A stretch of 64,000 nt of DNA from Desulfatiglandales bacterium. GTDB taxonomy: Bacteria > Desulfobacterota > DSM-4660 > Desulfatiglandales > Desulfatiglandaceae. The translations under genes were made by a program, and so were the position numbers. This document shows, in pieces, positions 39,164 through 49,177 of this stretch. How positions within the stretch are numbered: position 1 is the first letter of the stretch; each line of letters begins with the position of its first letter. The stretch spans positions 4,064,001 to 4,128,000 of the forward strand of contig OY759599.1 of NCBI GenBank assembly GCA_963662465.1. The letters are read 5' to 3'. Under the pieces are notes generated by a model that was not told the origin of the DNA, ran no database searches, and was given only the letters and a program-made list of their open reading frames with translations.

Positions 39164-41236
39164 ACCCAAGATGACTTTCGTTAAACCTCTGGCAGAGGAT
39201 TTAGTATACTTTTGTGTTCAGATCAACTGAAAGGGAAGGTGGAATGATGCGCAATCAAAAGGATGCGTGCTTCAGCACCAGCGCTTTGATCTTTTGCTTG
39301 ACAGAAAAACCGGCACTTGTTATAGGACCCGAATTCGTACGGCGCAAAACGAAATTGCGCGCATGATTCAAAGCGTAAAGACTGACACAATTTAGGTTTT
39401 AACAAAACAGGCCAAGAAGGCAATGTCGGATTGAAGTCCGGTGGTGTCTTCCCGGCCTTTTTTTATGTGCAATGGAAAAGGGAGGGGATGATTGAAAAGA
39501 GTGAGACCATATGGGGTCATGGGACGTTTATGTTCCTGGGTCTCTGGGTCGTGATGGTTTTTCTGCTGGGGACGTCGGTTTGCCCGAGTGATGCGGAAGA
39601 GCCGGAAGACAAGAAGGCCATCGCCCAAACGGGAGAAAAAAAGGCAGGCGCCGGAAAGGCCGTGCAACTGGAAGATGTGACGGTGATGGCGGCGCAACCG
39701 GGCGTTGAAATTACGCCGGATAAAACCGTCATTCGAATGGATGAGTTCGTTAAACCGGGAGATGTGCGAACCCTTACGGACGTGTTGAAAACCATGGGGG
39801 GCATCGACGTTATGCGCGTTAATCCCATGATGGCCAGTCCGGGAGACGAAGTGTCCATTCGGGGTATGAACGAGGGCCGTCTGGTGGTGGAAATCGACGG
39901 CAGGAGAATCAACCATAGCGGCTACTATGGAAGGTATATCGTGGACTGGTCAACGCTGAACATAGACGATGTCGAAAAGGTTGAAATCATCCGGGGTGGT
40001 CATTCGGTGCTGCATCCCTTTGCCATCGGCGGCGTGATCAACATCATCACCAAAAAGGGCAAAAAAACCGATGATCCCAAGCCCAATGTGCGCGCCAAGG
40101 CGGGTGTGGGGGCCTTCACCACCACCACGGAATCCCTTTCCATTGACGGCGGGGCATTCAATGTGGTGGGCTATGATTTTTCAGTAAACAATGGTTCCAC
40201 CAACGGCTACTTGCGGAACAACTACCAGGACAGCACCACGCTCAATGGACATTTAAGTTTCTTTATGCCCATGGACGCGGTGCTGGAACTGGGGGCCAAG
40301 CATGCGGATGTAAATTACGGATTTCCAGTGGTAAACGACCCTTCCCGGGCCGATTACGATGCCGGCTCTCCCAACTTCTATGCCAATGCCGACCAGCTCA
40401 GGCACCTGAACTGGCCCCTTTAGCAAGGTGACCGTGGGGTACGAATATCAACTCCTGGGCGCCCCCACTGAAATTTCGGACCTGTTCCGGGTTAACTCCG
40501 GGTACATCCAGGATGTCATCACCATCGGAGATCAATGGCGCCTTACGCCGGGGGTTCGTTATTACCACGTGGATATGAGCACCTACTACTCCCAGTTCGG
40601 CAAAGGATGGCCCGTAGCCGGCAATACGGAGACGGATGAGGGGTTTTATCCCAATTCCCCACTTCAAACTCTGGGGCGGTGAAATCGAGACGAGCCTTCG
40701 CTTGGGCCGGTTTCAGGGGACCCTTTCCTACAACTATCAAAACTACAATGCGGACGATACCGGATTTGAGGCGGAATGGTGGATCGCCGGGGAGAAACGG
40801 TCCAGGGGGAGATCATCCGCATGGGCAATCTCACCGCCATCTATCGGAGAGAAGGAAGGATACGCCGCCTGGCAGTTGCAGGAGATGGCATGTGCGAAAA
40901 ATGCCTTTCAGAAGGCGCTTCAGCACGCGGAACCGAAAAGCGACACGGCTTTGAAAGCGTCCCATGCACTGACGGCCATCCGGCAAATCACGGATGCAGC
41001 GCAAAATTGAGTTTCCAGGACCAAGGCAACTGCACCTGAGCTATAATTCGGCCCCGTCAATACAGTCCACGATTTCACGGGGTGAACGTCCAGGGGGGCA
41101 ATGAATATTTGCCTTAGGGTCAAATACTAAATAATCCTCCGGTGTAAAGCACTTGAGATGAGAAACTTAAGGTTCAATACTCGTTACGGAGTTTCGCAAC
41201 GCTCGCCATTTCGCAAGCCCTGCTCGATGATTTTTA
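39164..41236 (+). pseudogene. Collapsed multi-deletion copy of the receptor-TtpC-TPR-permease unit
   Basis: Colinear fragments matching about 19900-20249, 20489-21397, 21626-21855, 22145-22267, 27051-27124, 30766-30923 and 32330-32360. Confidence 0.85.
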
Positions 41237-41295
41237 AATCGATGGGGACACCATACCATGGCGCGTCCCACTGTGCCCGGGGGCGATGAAAAATC

Positions 41296-41493
41296 TTGAC
41301 TTTCCGGAAAGCCTTCAGTACAAATGGCATCCTAAAATTTCGGTTGAAGCCGATCGCATTCGGATTTCAGAAGAAAATCCACAATAAAATTGCTTTGCCG
41401 CCAGTATAGTGGCGGAGACGTAGAGAGCTGGAACAAAAAGGCCACGAAGGTCTATGTCCCTTAAAGAGGGATGTGGATTCGTGGCCTTTTTTT
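41296..41493 (+). promoter_or_regulatory. Promoter and structured leader with terminator
   Basis: TTGACT-17-TACAAA; several short hairpins; GGCCACGAAGGTC...TTCGTGGCC-T7. Confidence 0.55.
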
Positions 41494-41678
41494 GTTGAAG
41501 GCAATTTCGACAATCGAAGTCCGGAGGACGGTGTTCGCCTGCCAGGGTCATCCGCCGTCCTCCGGGTTAAGCGCCCCCGTGAAAAAGGAGGCTCGGTTCA
41601 ATATTACCGGTGCATCTCTTTCTCGTCAAGCGGGGAATTCAAGATTTTGAACGGATTGACACAAGGAGGAGAGGCATA

Positions 41679-43910
41679 ATGAAAATGATGTCGTACAGGA
41701 AAAAGTTATGGGCAGGTTTCATCTTCATCGGAATCATGAACGTCATGTTGCCGTTAACGGCGGCGGCAGAGGAAGAAGCAACGGATCTCGGGAATCTCGT
41801 CGTCACCGGCGAGAAGCTCTTTGTCCCCACGATGGAATCGGATGAAACCGTCTATACGGGCACCAAAGTGACCAAAGAGGGGATCGAGAGTGAAGGGAGC
41901 AAGGCGCAAACCAGCGTTTACCAGGCCATCGATATTCTTCCCGGAATCAGTGTGGAAAGCGCTGATCCATACGGCCTTGGCGCAGAGCAAAGCGCTATCC
42001 GGGTCCGGGGCATGCGCGGCTATCTTGGCGCCATGACAGTGGAAGGGGTGCCCAATTATGGCGGCAACCCCATCGGTCCTCGGGAATATCTTTACGACAC
42101 GGAGAATTTCCAATCCATTTCAGTCTACAAGGGGGCTGTTCCGGGGGACCTGGGAACGGGCGTTGGAGATCGTGGAGGCGCTATTGAGTTGAGTCCGCAA
42201 TGGCCCGGTGAAACCTTCGGAGCGCTGCTCAAGCAAGGGGTGGGCACGGATGGTTACCATCGGAGCTTCTTGCGACTCGAATCCGGTTCGTTGACCGAGG
42301 CTGACACCCGATTTTCCGGATCCTATTCTTACACCCAGGCCGAAAAATGGAAAGGACCGGGTGAAGCCGGCCCCAGGAACAACGCAAACATAGCCTTGTC
42401 GCAACCGATCGGCGACCATGTGGATGTGAAGGTCTGGTTCAATTACAATGATCTGAAGAAAAATCTTTACAGGACACTCAATTATAACCAGATTCAGAGC
42501 CTGTCGGCCAATTACAAGTTTGATTACAATCCGGATCTTACGGGAACGAAAGCTCAGGATCTCTATTATTACGATTACAACCGGGGCAGCTTCGAAAACG
42601 ATGATGTTCTTGCCCTTATCACGATTACACCCTTCGATCGGTTGAAATTTACCTTCAAGCCCTACTACAGCCATGAGAATTCGGAGATTTATCAGGGCGT
42701 GACCTCCGGCGGCGGCCGCGTCCAGAAGAGGAACAGAGAGATCAAGCGCCCAGGGGCAATTGGTGAAGTGACATGGAACAGCCCGTTTTTCACGACGGCC
42801 CTTGGTTATCATTTTGAAAAAAGCGATATGAAGATTTACACAGAGAACTACGGCATCACCTCATCCGGGCTCAACTGGCAGGGCTATGGCAACTTTGCCT
42901 CACCCAGTGACTCCTATATCAACAGCCCTTACTTTAAGATTGCCGGGAGTCATGAGCGCTTCGACTGGCAGGCAGGGCTCAAGTATTTCAGATATGATGA
43001 AGGCGCCAGCGAAGGATATGTCACGGATTCAAAGACATATGAGTTGATAAGAGCGCCTGATCTTGACCGGGAAGAGAGAGTCTACGATATTCTGCTTCCC
43101 ACCGTCGGGGCCGCATTCAAGTTTACTGAAAGCGTTCAGGCCTATGCGAGTTATGGAAAGAACTTTATTCGCCCCTACGCATACATGCCCCTGGTAAATC
43201 TCTACAATAACTACCGACAGAGGTTCATCGATGCCGGGATCACCTTGAACGACCTTTTTAGCGGGTATGAAATGGAGCAGACAGACGCCATTGATTTCGG
43301 CGTACGATGGAATACCCCCTGGTTTGACATCACGCCCACAGTCTTCTTCAATAAAAGCAAAAACCTGTTCACCAATGTTTATGACCCGCGGGTCGATCTC
43401 AGCTACCAACAAAACAATGCAAAGGCTACAGGCTACGGTATCGATGTGGGAACCAACTTCTACCTTGCCAGACCCCTGACGTTTTTCGTCAATCCAAGCT
43501 GGACGGTTCTCACATATGATGACGACATTACTGATTCCAAGGGAAATACAATTCCGCTGAAAGGCAATCAGGTGGTGGATACGCCCGAATTCATGATAAA
43601 AGCCGGTTTGGTTTACAAATGGAGTGATCTTGAGGTTATTCCCATGGTGAGATGGCTAAGTTCGCGATATGGAAATGCGGAGAACACCCAAAAGGTCGAT
43701 TCCTACGCTATTGTTGATCTGCGACTGACCTATGCACTGCAAAATATCCCTGTTGCCCGGGCATTGAAATTCTCTTTGGACCTGAACAACCTGTTCAATA
43801 AGGAGTATATTTCCGTTATCAGTGCCTCGGATTATACCACGGGTGGAAAGGCCGGCTATTACACCGGTAGCCTGTTCACGACGGTGTTTACGGTATCTCT
43901 GGAGTTTTAG
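41679..43910 (+). CDS. TonB-dependent receptor (same subfamily as 7898-10138)
   Basis: Signal peptide, LVVTG TonB box, shared YD.ENF.SIS.YKG and KWKG.G...RNN, C-terminal Phe. Confidence 0.9.
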   Translation: MKMMSYRKKLWAGFIFIGIMNVMLPLTAAAEEEATDLGNLVVTGEKLFVPTMESDETVYTGTKVTKEGIESEGSKAQTSVYQAIDILPGISVESADPYGLGAEQSAIRVRGMRGYLGAMTVEGVPNYGGNPIGPREYLYDTENFQSISVYKGAVPGDLGTGVGDRGGAIELSPQWPGETFGALLKQGVGTDGYHRSFLRLESGSLTEADTRFSGSYSYTQAEKWKGPGEAGPRNNANIALSQPIGDHVDVKVWFNYNDLKKNLYRTLNYNQIQSLSANYKFDYNPDLTGTKAQDLYYYDYNRGSFENDDVLALITITPFDRLKFTFKPYYSHENSEIYQGVTSGGGRVQKRNREIKRPGAIGEVTWNSPFFTTALGYHFEKSDMKIYTENYGITSSGLNWQGYGNFASPSDSYINSPYFKIAGSHERFDWQAGLKYFRYDEGASEGYVTDSKTYELIRAPDLDREERVYDILLPTVGAAFKFTESVQAYASYGKNFIRPYAYMPLVNLYNNYRQRFIDAGITLNDLFSGYEMEQTDAIDFGVRWNTPWFDITPTVFFNKSKNLFTNVYDPRVDLSYQQNNAKATGYGIDVGTNFYLARPLTFFVNPSWTVLTYDDDITDSKGNTIPLKGNQVVDTPEFMIKAGLVYKWSDLEVIPMVRWLSSRYGNAENTQKVDSYAIVDLRLTYALQNIPVARALKFSLDLNNLFNKEYISVISASDYTTGGKAGYYTGSLFTTVFTVSLEF

Positions 43911-43958
43911 ATCCCTTCGACGAAAAGAAACAATAGCATCCAACTGGAGAAGAAAATA

Positions 43959-45596
43959 ATGAAAAGCGTAAAGATATGGACCGTAATGATGGCGATCGGC
44001 TTACTTATGGCCTGCTCGATGGCCGCAGGGGCCAAAAAAGTTGAAGCAGGGCCGTCAGGCAGTTATTGCGTGGTGGGCATTGGGCCGGGGGATGCGGACC
44101 TTTTGACGGCAAGGGCCGTATCTGTCATCCGCAAGGCGGATATTGTGTTCTGCAACTCGGAAACCCGTGAGAAGTTGGCTGGGCTTGTGGACTTTCAGAA
44201 CAAGCAGGTGCTGGATGGCTATGGGACCCTGTTCCGTTTCCATGGAAAGGTTTGCGGCGCCCTCAGCGAGAACGAGCGCACCCGGCATAAGATGACCTGT
44301 GAAGAGTACCACAAGAAGCAGGCGGAATTCGCGACCCTGGTTCGCGGAGCAGTGGCCGAGGGCAAGAACGTGGTCATGTTGAGCCATGGAGATCCTACCA
44401 TTTACGGACCGGACATCTGGACGCTCAAAGAACTGGCCGATCTGCATCCCTTTGTGGTGCCGGGCCTGAGCGCCTTCAACGCGGCAAATGCAGCCCTTCA
44501 GGTGGGACTGGGCGAGGTGATTCTCACCGCACCTTTTCAGGGAAAGGACGAAGAAAAGGGAAAAGACAGCATCGAAAACCTGGCCGAACACCAAAGGGCG
44601 ACCCTGGTGATCTTCATGCCCCGAAATATTGAAAGACTTTTGGCAAGGCTTAGAACCTCCTGTAATCCGAATACGCCAGTGGCCGTTGTCAGCCATGCGG
44701 GGCAACAGGGCAAGGAAAAGGTGATCACCGGTACGGTGGCGGACATAGCTCGGAAATTAGTGGGACAGAACACCAGGTTTTCCCTGGTCTATGTGGGCAA
44801 CGCATTGAACGAGGCCCAGCACAACGGGAAGGTTTTGAAAAAGGGTTCAAGACCCGGCAAGTTCTATCTTGTGGGGGTAGGGCCCGGCGACCCGGATCTG
44901 GCCACCCTCAGGGCGCTTGAGGTCATGGGAAAAGCGGATCTGATCTTCGCCTCAAAAAGGCTCGCTGAACGTTTCCAAAAGGAACTTTCCGGGAAAGTGG
45001 TCATAAACGGTTATCATCGGCTCTTTCCCTTTTACGGCAAAAAGTGTTCCAAAGTCAGCGAAGAAGAAAAAACAAGAGAAAGGATGAGCTGTGAAGAATA
45101 CCATCAAAAGCAGGCGGAATTGGCCCGATTGGTTCGCGAGGCCGTGGCGGAAGGCAAAACCGTTGCAATGCTTGACAGCGGGGACCCGCTCATTTACGGC
45201 CCCTGCTCCTGGACCCTAAAGGAATTCAAAGACATACAATCCGAAGTCGTACCCGGCCTGAGCTGTTTCAACGCGGCCAACGCGGCCCTTGCACAGGGCG
45301 TCACCGAAGGAAAGCGTTCCCATTCCGTTATTTTGGCTTCGGGCTGGTCCGTGGAGAAAATGGCCGCGCTTCAAAGCACTCTGGTGCTTTTCACCATGCG
45401 GACCGAATTCAAGAAATTCATTGACGCCCTGTCCAGACACTATCCATCCGATACGCCCATCGCCATCGTCTCCAGCGCGGGTTATGCACGGAAGGAAAAG
45501 GTGCTGAGGGGAAGGCTGGACAGCATCATGGCGCAGACGACAAAGGAGCGCCTGCCTTTTGAGTACATGATTTATGTGGGGGATTTCCTTAAATGA
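43959..45596 (+). CDS. Tandem-domain tetrapyrrole-methylase-family protein with export signal
   Basis: Two copies of VG.GPGD / GDP.IYGP / VPGLS; leader with possible LMAC lipobox. Confidence 0.85.
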   Translation: MKSVKIWTVMMAIGLLMACSMAAGAKKVEAGPSGSYCVVGIGPGDADLLTARAVSVIRKADIVFCNSETREKLAGLVDFQNKQVLDGYGTLFRFHGKVCGALSENERTRHKMTCEEYHKKQAEFATLVRGAVAEGKNVVMLSHGDPTIYGPDIWTLKELADLHPFVVPGLSAFNAANAALQVGLGEVILTAPFQGKDEEKGKDSIENLAEHQRATLVIFMPRNIERLLARLRTSCNPNTPVAVVSHAGQQGKEKVITGTVADIARKLVGQNTRFSLVYVGNALNEAQHNGKVLKKGSRPGKFYLVGVGPGDPDLATLRALEVMGKADLIFASKRLAERFQKELSGKVVINGYHRLFPFYGKKCSKVSEEEKTRERMSCEEYHQKQAELARLVREAVAEGKTVAMLDSGDPLIYGPCSWTLKEFKDIQSEVVPGLSCFNAANAALAQGVTEGKRSHSVILASGWSVEKMAALQSTLVLFTMRTEFKKFIDALSRHYPSDTPIAIVSSAGYARKEKVLRGRLDSIMAQTTKERLPFEYMIYVGDFLK

Positions 45597-45631
45597 CCAA
45601 CGAAACCAATTTACGGCTCAAGGAGGGACCA

Positions 45632-46453
45632 ATGAAGACCAGATTTTTTTTCATGACTATTTGTTTGGCGATCACCATGATCGCCGGTTCTCAAGCCTTT
45701 GCGCACAATATCTGGATTAACCCGGAGAATCATTGCCCGCAGGTGGGAGAAACCGTGGATATCGGAATCGGGTGGGGGCACAGCTACCCCGCCGGTCGTG
45801 TTGACCAGGAAATGAAGCCGGGAATGTTTGGGTATATCCGGATTCTGGACCCGGATGGAATAAAAGTGGAACCTGCGAAATTGTCCGAAAAACGCTACCG
45901 GTTGAAAATCGAAAAGGAGGGTGTATATCTTGTGACCGCGGGAATTAAGCCCGGAGTCTTCACAAAGACCCCTCAGGGAAGGCAATGGAGCGACAAGAAA
46001 GGGGTGAAAAATCCCATTTCCTGTACCAGTTTTTGCATTGAGGCGAAAACGGTGATTGTCGCCGGGGCGAATGACAAAAATCTCATGGCGGCGACCGGTC
46101 AGGAACTTGAGATTATTCCCCTTTCCAATCCAAAGATGCTGAAGCCGGGGGATGAGCTGAGCCTCATGGTGATGTTCAGGGGAAAGCCCGCGCCGGACGT
46201 TGCCGTCAACGCCACCTACGCCGGTTTTGCGGATGGAAAAAAGCCTAAAGATATTGCTCCCCATAGACAAGTCAAAGGCAAAAAGTCCCATTTTCCGGTC
46301 AGCACCAAGACCGACAGTCAGGGCAGGGCATTGATTCCCTTGACCAAATCCGGCTACTGGATGATTGTTATTTCTCATAAGAGCCCTTACCCGGATAAGG
46401 AGACCTGTGATGAGTATATGCACAACATGGCCTTTACCTTTCAGGTCCAATAG
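45632..46453 (+). CDS. DUF4198-family periplasmic protein
   Basis: AFAHNIWI, GWGH, LEIIPL.NP, TD..G.A motifs. Confidence 0.8.
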   Translation: MKTRFFFMTICLAITMIAGSQAFAHNIWINPENHCPQVGETVDIGIGWGHSYPAGRVDQEMKPGMFGYIRILDPDGIKVEPAKLSEKRYRLKIEKEGVYLVTAGIKPGVFTKTPQGRQWSDKKGVKNPISCTSFCIEAKTVIVAGANDKNLMAATGQELEIIPLSNPKMLKPGDELSLMVMFRGKPAPDVAVNATYAGFADGKKPKDIAPHRQVKGKKSHFPVSTKTDSQGRALIPLTKSGYWMIVISHKSPYPDKETCDEYMHNMAFTFQVQ

Positions 46454-46546
46454 GCGTAACCGTTTTCACAGGCAGGTTTCTGCCTTAGACAATCCTGATG
46501 TCAATTATCATCAACTTACGATGTTTCTTATATTAACGGTTTTGTG

Positions 46547-47044
46547 ATGAAAAAATTTCTACGGTCCTTTCTTCTCCTCTTCCTTCTCGTCTTCATTCTT
46601 CTGCGGACGTCTTTTGATGCGTGGTCCCACGGGACGGACTACAGCCTTGTCAAAGACGCGAATTTGGCGGCTATTGAATTCCATTACTCGGACGGCGAAC
46701 CCATGTCCTATGCCGAAGTACTTGTATTCAGCCCGCAAAACCGCCAGGTGGAACATCAGAACGCAAGAACCGACAAGCATGGGAAGTTCGCCTTCTGCCC
46801 GGATATACAGGGGGCCTGGCTGATCACCGCGAATGACGGCATGGGCCATTTGTGTGAGGCAACGGTGGCGATAGGCCCGGAAACGTCCTTTGAAAAGGCT
46901 GCCAAGCCGCAGGGTTATACCGATTCCGGGCATCCTCTTCAGGGTTCAAAGATTTTAAAGATCATTTCCGGACTCAGCCTGATATTGAACCTTGCATTTG
47001 CAGCCGAATTCTTTCATCGATGGTTAATCGCCGCCAAGGGGTGA
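46547..47044 (+). CDS. NikL-like exported protein
   Basis: Homolog of 25193-25672 (YSDGEPMSY, RTD..G.F.F.P, DGMGH). Confidence 0.75.
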   Translation: MKKFLRSFLLLFLLVFILLRTSFDAWSHGTDYSLVKDANLAAIEFHYSDGEPMSYAEVLVFSPQNRQVEHQNARTDKHGKFAFCPDIQGAWLITANDGMGHLCEATVAIGPETSFEKAAKPQGYTDSGHPLQGSKILKIISGLSLILNLAFAAEFFHRWLIAAKG

Positions 47045-47054
47045 TCGAATGGAA

Positions 47055-48401
47055 ATGGCACAGGAAGAGCTTCAACGGGGATTCGGGCTGTCAACAGCCA
47101 CATATATGGTCATCGCCAGCATGATTGGAACCGGGATTCTGGTTTCCCCCGGGTACATGATGGCGTCTCTCGGGAATTACCCCGTTATATTCGGGCTTTG
47201 GGCCATCGGCGGGTTGCTGGCCCTTTGCGGGGCACTTTGCGTGGCGGAATTGGCGGCCGCCCTGCCGCGGGCGGGTGGGGAGTACGTTTACCTTCGCGAA
47301 GCATACGGTCCCATGCCCGCCTTTCTCTCCGGTTGGACGTCTTTTTTTGTCGGTTTCTCGGCGCCCCTGGCAGTGGCCGGCTATGTTGCGGCTTCATACC
47401 TTTTGACGCCGTTTCAGTTTGCTAAGGACGAAACGGAACAAATGATCAAGGTGGCGGCCGCCGTCATTATCGTTGCGGTTACTTTGCCCAATCTTCTGGG
47501 CCACCGTCAGTCCGCCTGGACGCAAAACCTCACGACAATTCTCAAGCTGGGTCTGTTTGTGGTTCTGGTGGCGGCCGCGTTTTTATGTGGCGATGGGCGC
47601 CTGGCGCACATTTCACTGGGGCAGCCCATGGGAAAGGTGGGACTGGAAACCGCGGCGACACAGTTGTTCTATGTCATGTTTGCCTACAGCGGTTGGAACG
47701 CTGCAAGCTATATGGCCGGCGAGGTGAAAAATCCCGCGAAAACCCTCCCGCGGTCACTGCTCCTGGGTACTGGGGTTGTCATTGTGCTTTATTTAGCGCT
47801 CAACCTTGTTTTTGTCTATGCAGTTCCTCTGGCCGGGGTGGGATTTGACAATGCGGAACAGGTCCCCCAGATGGCCGTCAGAAATTTATTTGGCGTGAAG
47901 GCTGCGAGCGTTTTCAACGTTATGTTGGGATTGACGTTTCTGGCCACGGTGAGCGCTTTCATTATCACCGGTCCCAGGGTCTACTATGCCATGGCAAAAG
48001 ATGGATTGTTCCCATCATTGGCGGGGCATGTCAGTCCAAAAGGACGGGTCCCCGTCTATGCGATGATCTCGCAGAGCGTCTGTGCCATCGTCATTTTGTT
48101 CGTGACGGACTTCCGGAACCTGTACCAGTATACCTCTGTGGGATTGTCGGTTTTTGCATTGCTTGTTATCGGCGCCGTCTACGTCCTCAGGTGGCGCCGG
48201 CCGGATATGGAAAGGCCGTTTCGTCTGCCCGGATATCCGGTTGTTCCGGCGATCTTCCTGGCGGTAATTCTCTTCATGACGGTGTTCGCCTTCAAGCAGT
48301 GGCCAAAGCCATCAGCTTATAGTATCGGTAGTATCCTTGCCGGTATCCCGGTGTATTATGCCTGGACCTTCTATGTTCGCCGCTTCGGAAGCCCTGCTTG
48401 A
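47055..48401 (+). CDS. APC-family amino-acid permease (intact)
   Basis: MIGTGI, ELAAALPRAGGEY, YSGWN...AGEVKNP, R.YYAMA.DG. Confidence 0.92.
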   Translation: MAQEELQRGFGLSTATYMVIASMIGTGILVSPGYMMASLGNYPVIFGLWAIGGLLALCGALCVAELAAALPRAGGEYVYLREAYGPMPAFLSGWTSFFVGFSAPLAVAGYVAASYLLTPFQFAKDETEQMIKVAAAVIIVAVTLPNLLGHRQSAWTQNLTTILKLGLFVVLVAAAFLCGDGRLAHISLGQPMGKVGLETAATQLFYVMFAYSGWNAASYMAGEVKNPAKTLPRSLLLGTGVVIVLYLALNLVFVYAVPLAGVGFDNAEQVPQMAVRNLFGVKAASVFNVMLGLTFLATVSAFIITGPRVYYAMAKDGLFPSLAGHVSPKGRVPVYAMISQSVCAIVILFVTDFRNLYQYTSVGLSVFALLVIGAVYVLRWRRPDMERPFRLPGYPVVPAIFLAVILFMTVFAFKQWPKPSAYSIGSILAGIPVYYAWTFYVRRFGSPA

Positions 48402-48416
48402 TGATTTGTAACCACT

Positions 48417-48472
48417 TCAATAAGCATGGGGGTGATTTGATGCCTGATGTATATGGAAATGGCCGTGCAGCG
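48417..48472 (-). pseudogene. cbiO: 3' remnant of a third cbiO
   Basis: Matches about 32368-32424. Confidence 0.65.
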
Positions 48473-48493
48473 TGGTAGCAGTCAAAGAACTGA

Positions 48494-49177
48494 TTAGCTG
48501 GTAATGATGTAAGATATGGCCATTGGCCCATGCACACCTTGTACTCGTATCAACTCAATATCAGCCGTAGTACTGGCGCCGGAAATAAAGTTAACTGAGT
48601 TTGGCAATCCTATAGCAATCTGTTCCCGGAGAAAAGACATCGCCTGGGTGAGACGGGGACGAAGATCCTGTTTGCGGATAATCGTTACTGTGTATGCAGG
48701 CAGGAGAGAAACCGAGCGACCGGAACCAAGATGACTGAACATCACAACGGCGCCGGATTCAGCAAGCGCAAGTTCTGCTTTTGCAATGCCGACTGATGCC
48801 TGCTCGGCATTTGTAATATTTTCCTTACGTGACAAGGTGAGGTCCCATATTTTCAATTGATCAAAATGATTTTTTAAAACGTCAAAGGTGTCATGTTCAC
48901 TAAAAAAATCCTGATCAGCCAACACAACCGGTCCCTTACCAAAAGCAGCAACCGCCTTGATAATGGTTTTATTGAGATCGCCTGATTCACATTGATAAAC
49001 AGTGGTCCCGGAAGCCTCAGCGTTTCTTATAAATATTTTTTCCAGTTCATCTATGCCGATATCCTTCAGGTAGTGGTGAGTATGGGGAATACTCAAAGGC
49101 GTTGGCTCAACGGGAACAGTGTTGCGACCGAGACAATTTGATATCCGTTTGATAAATTTTTCTTTTCCGTCAATCAT
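48494..49177 (-). CDS. lutC: Lactate utilization protein LutC
   Basis: AESG, GRSVSLLP, TADIEL..V.GVHGP. Confidence 0.9.
   Translation of the reverse strand: MIDGKEKFIKRISNCLGRNTVPVEPTPLSIPHTHHYLKDIGIDELEKIFIRNAEASGTTVYQCESGDLNKTIIKAVAAFGKGPVVLADQDFFSEHDTFDVLKNHFDQLKIWDLTLSRKENITNAEQASVGIAKAELALAESGAVVMFSHLGSGRSVSLLPAYTVTIIRKQDLRPRLTQAMSFLREQIAIGLPNSVNFISGASTTADIELIRVQGVHGPMAISYIITS

Noticed and set aside
41320..41640. Cobalamin or NiCo riboswitch in the receptor leaders
   Set aside because: I could not find the B12-box core (GGGAA...GCCACTG...GGGAAG) or a convincing four-way junction by eye; an Rfam scan is needed.
43959..45596. De novo cobalamin biosynthesis operon
   Set aside because: No other cob/cbi biosynthetic enzymes are nearby, and the methylases carry export signals.
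35121..46450. Long antisense ORFs (for example 35121-35966, 45611-46450, also 12318-13418)
   Set aside because: Shadow frames of well-supported genes.
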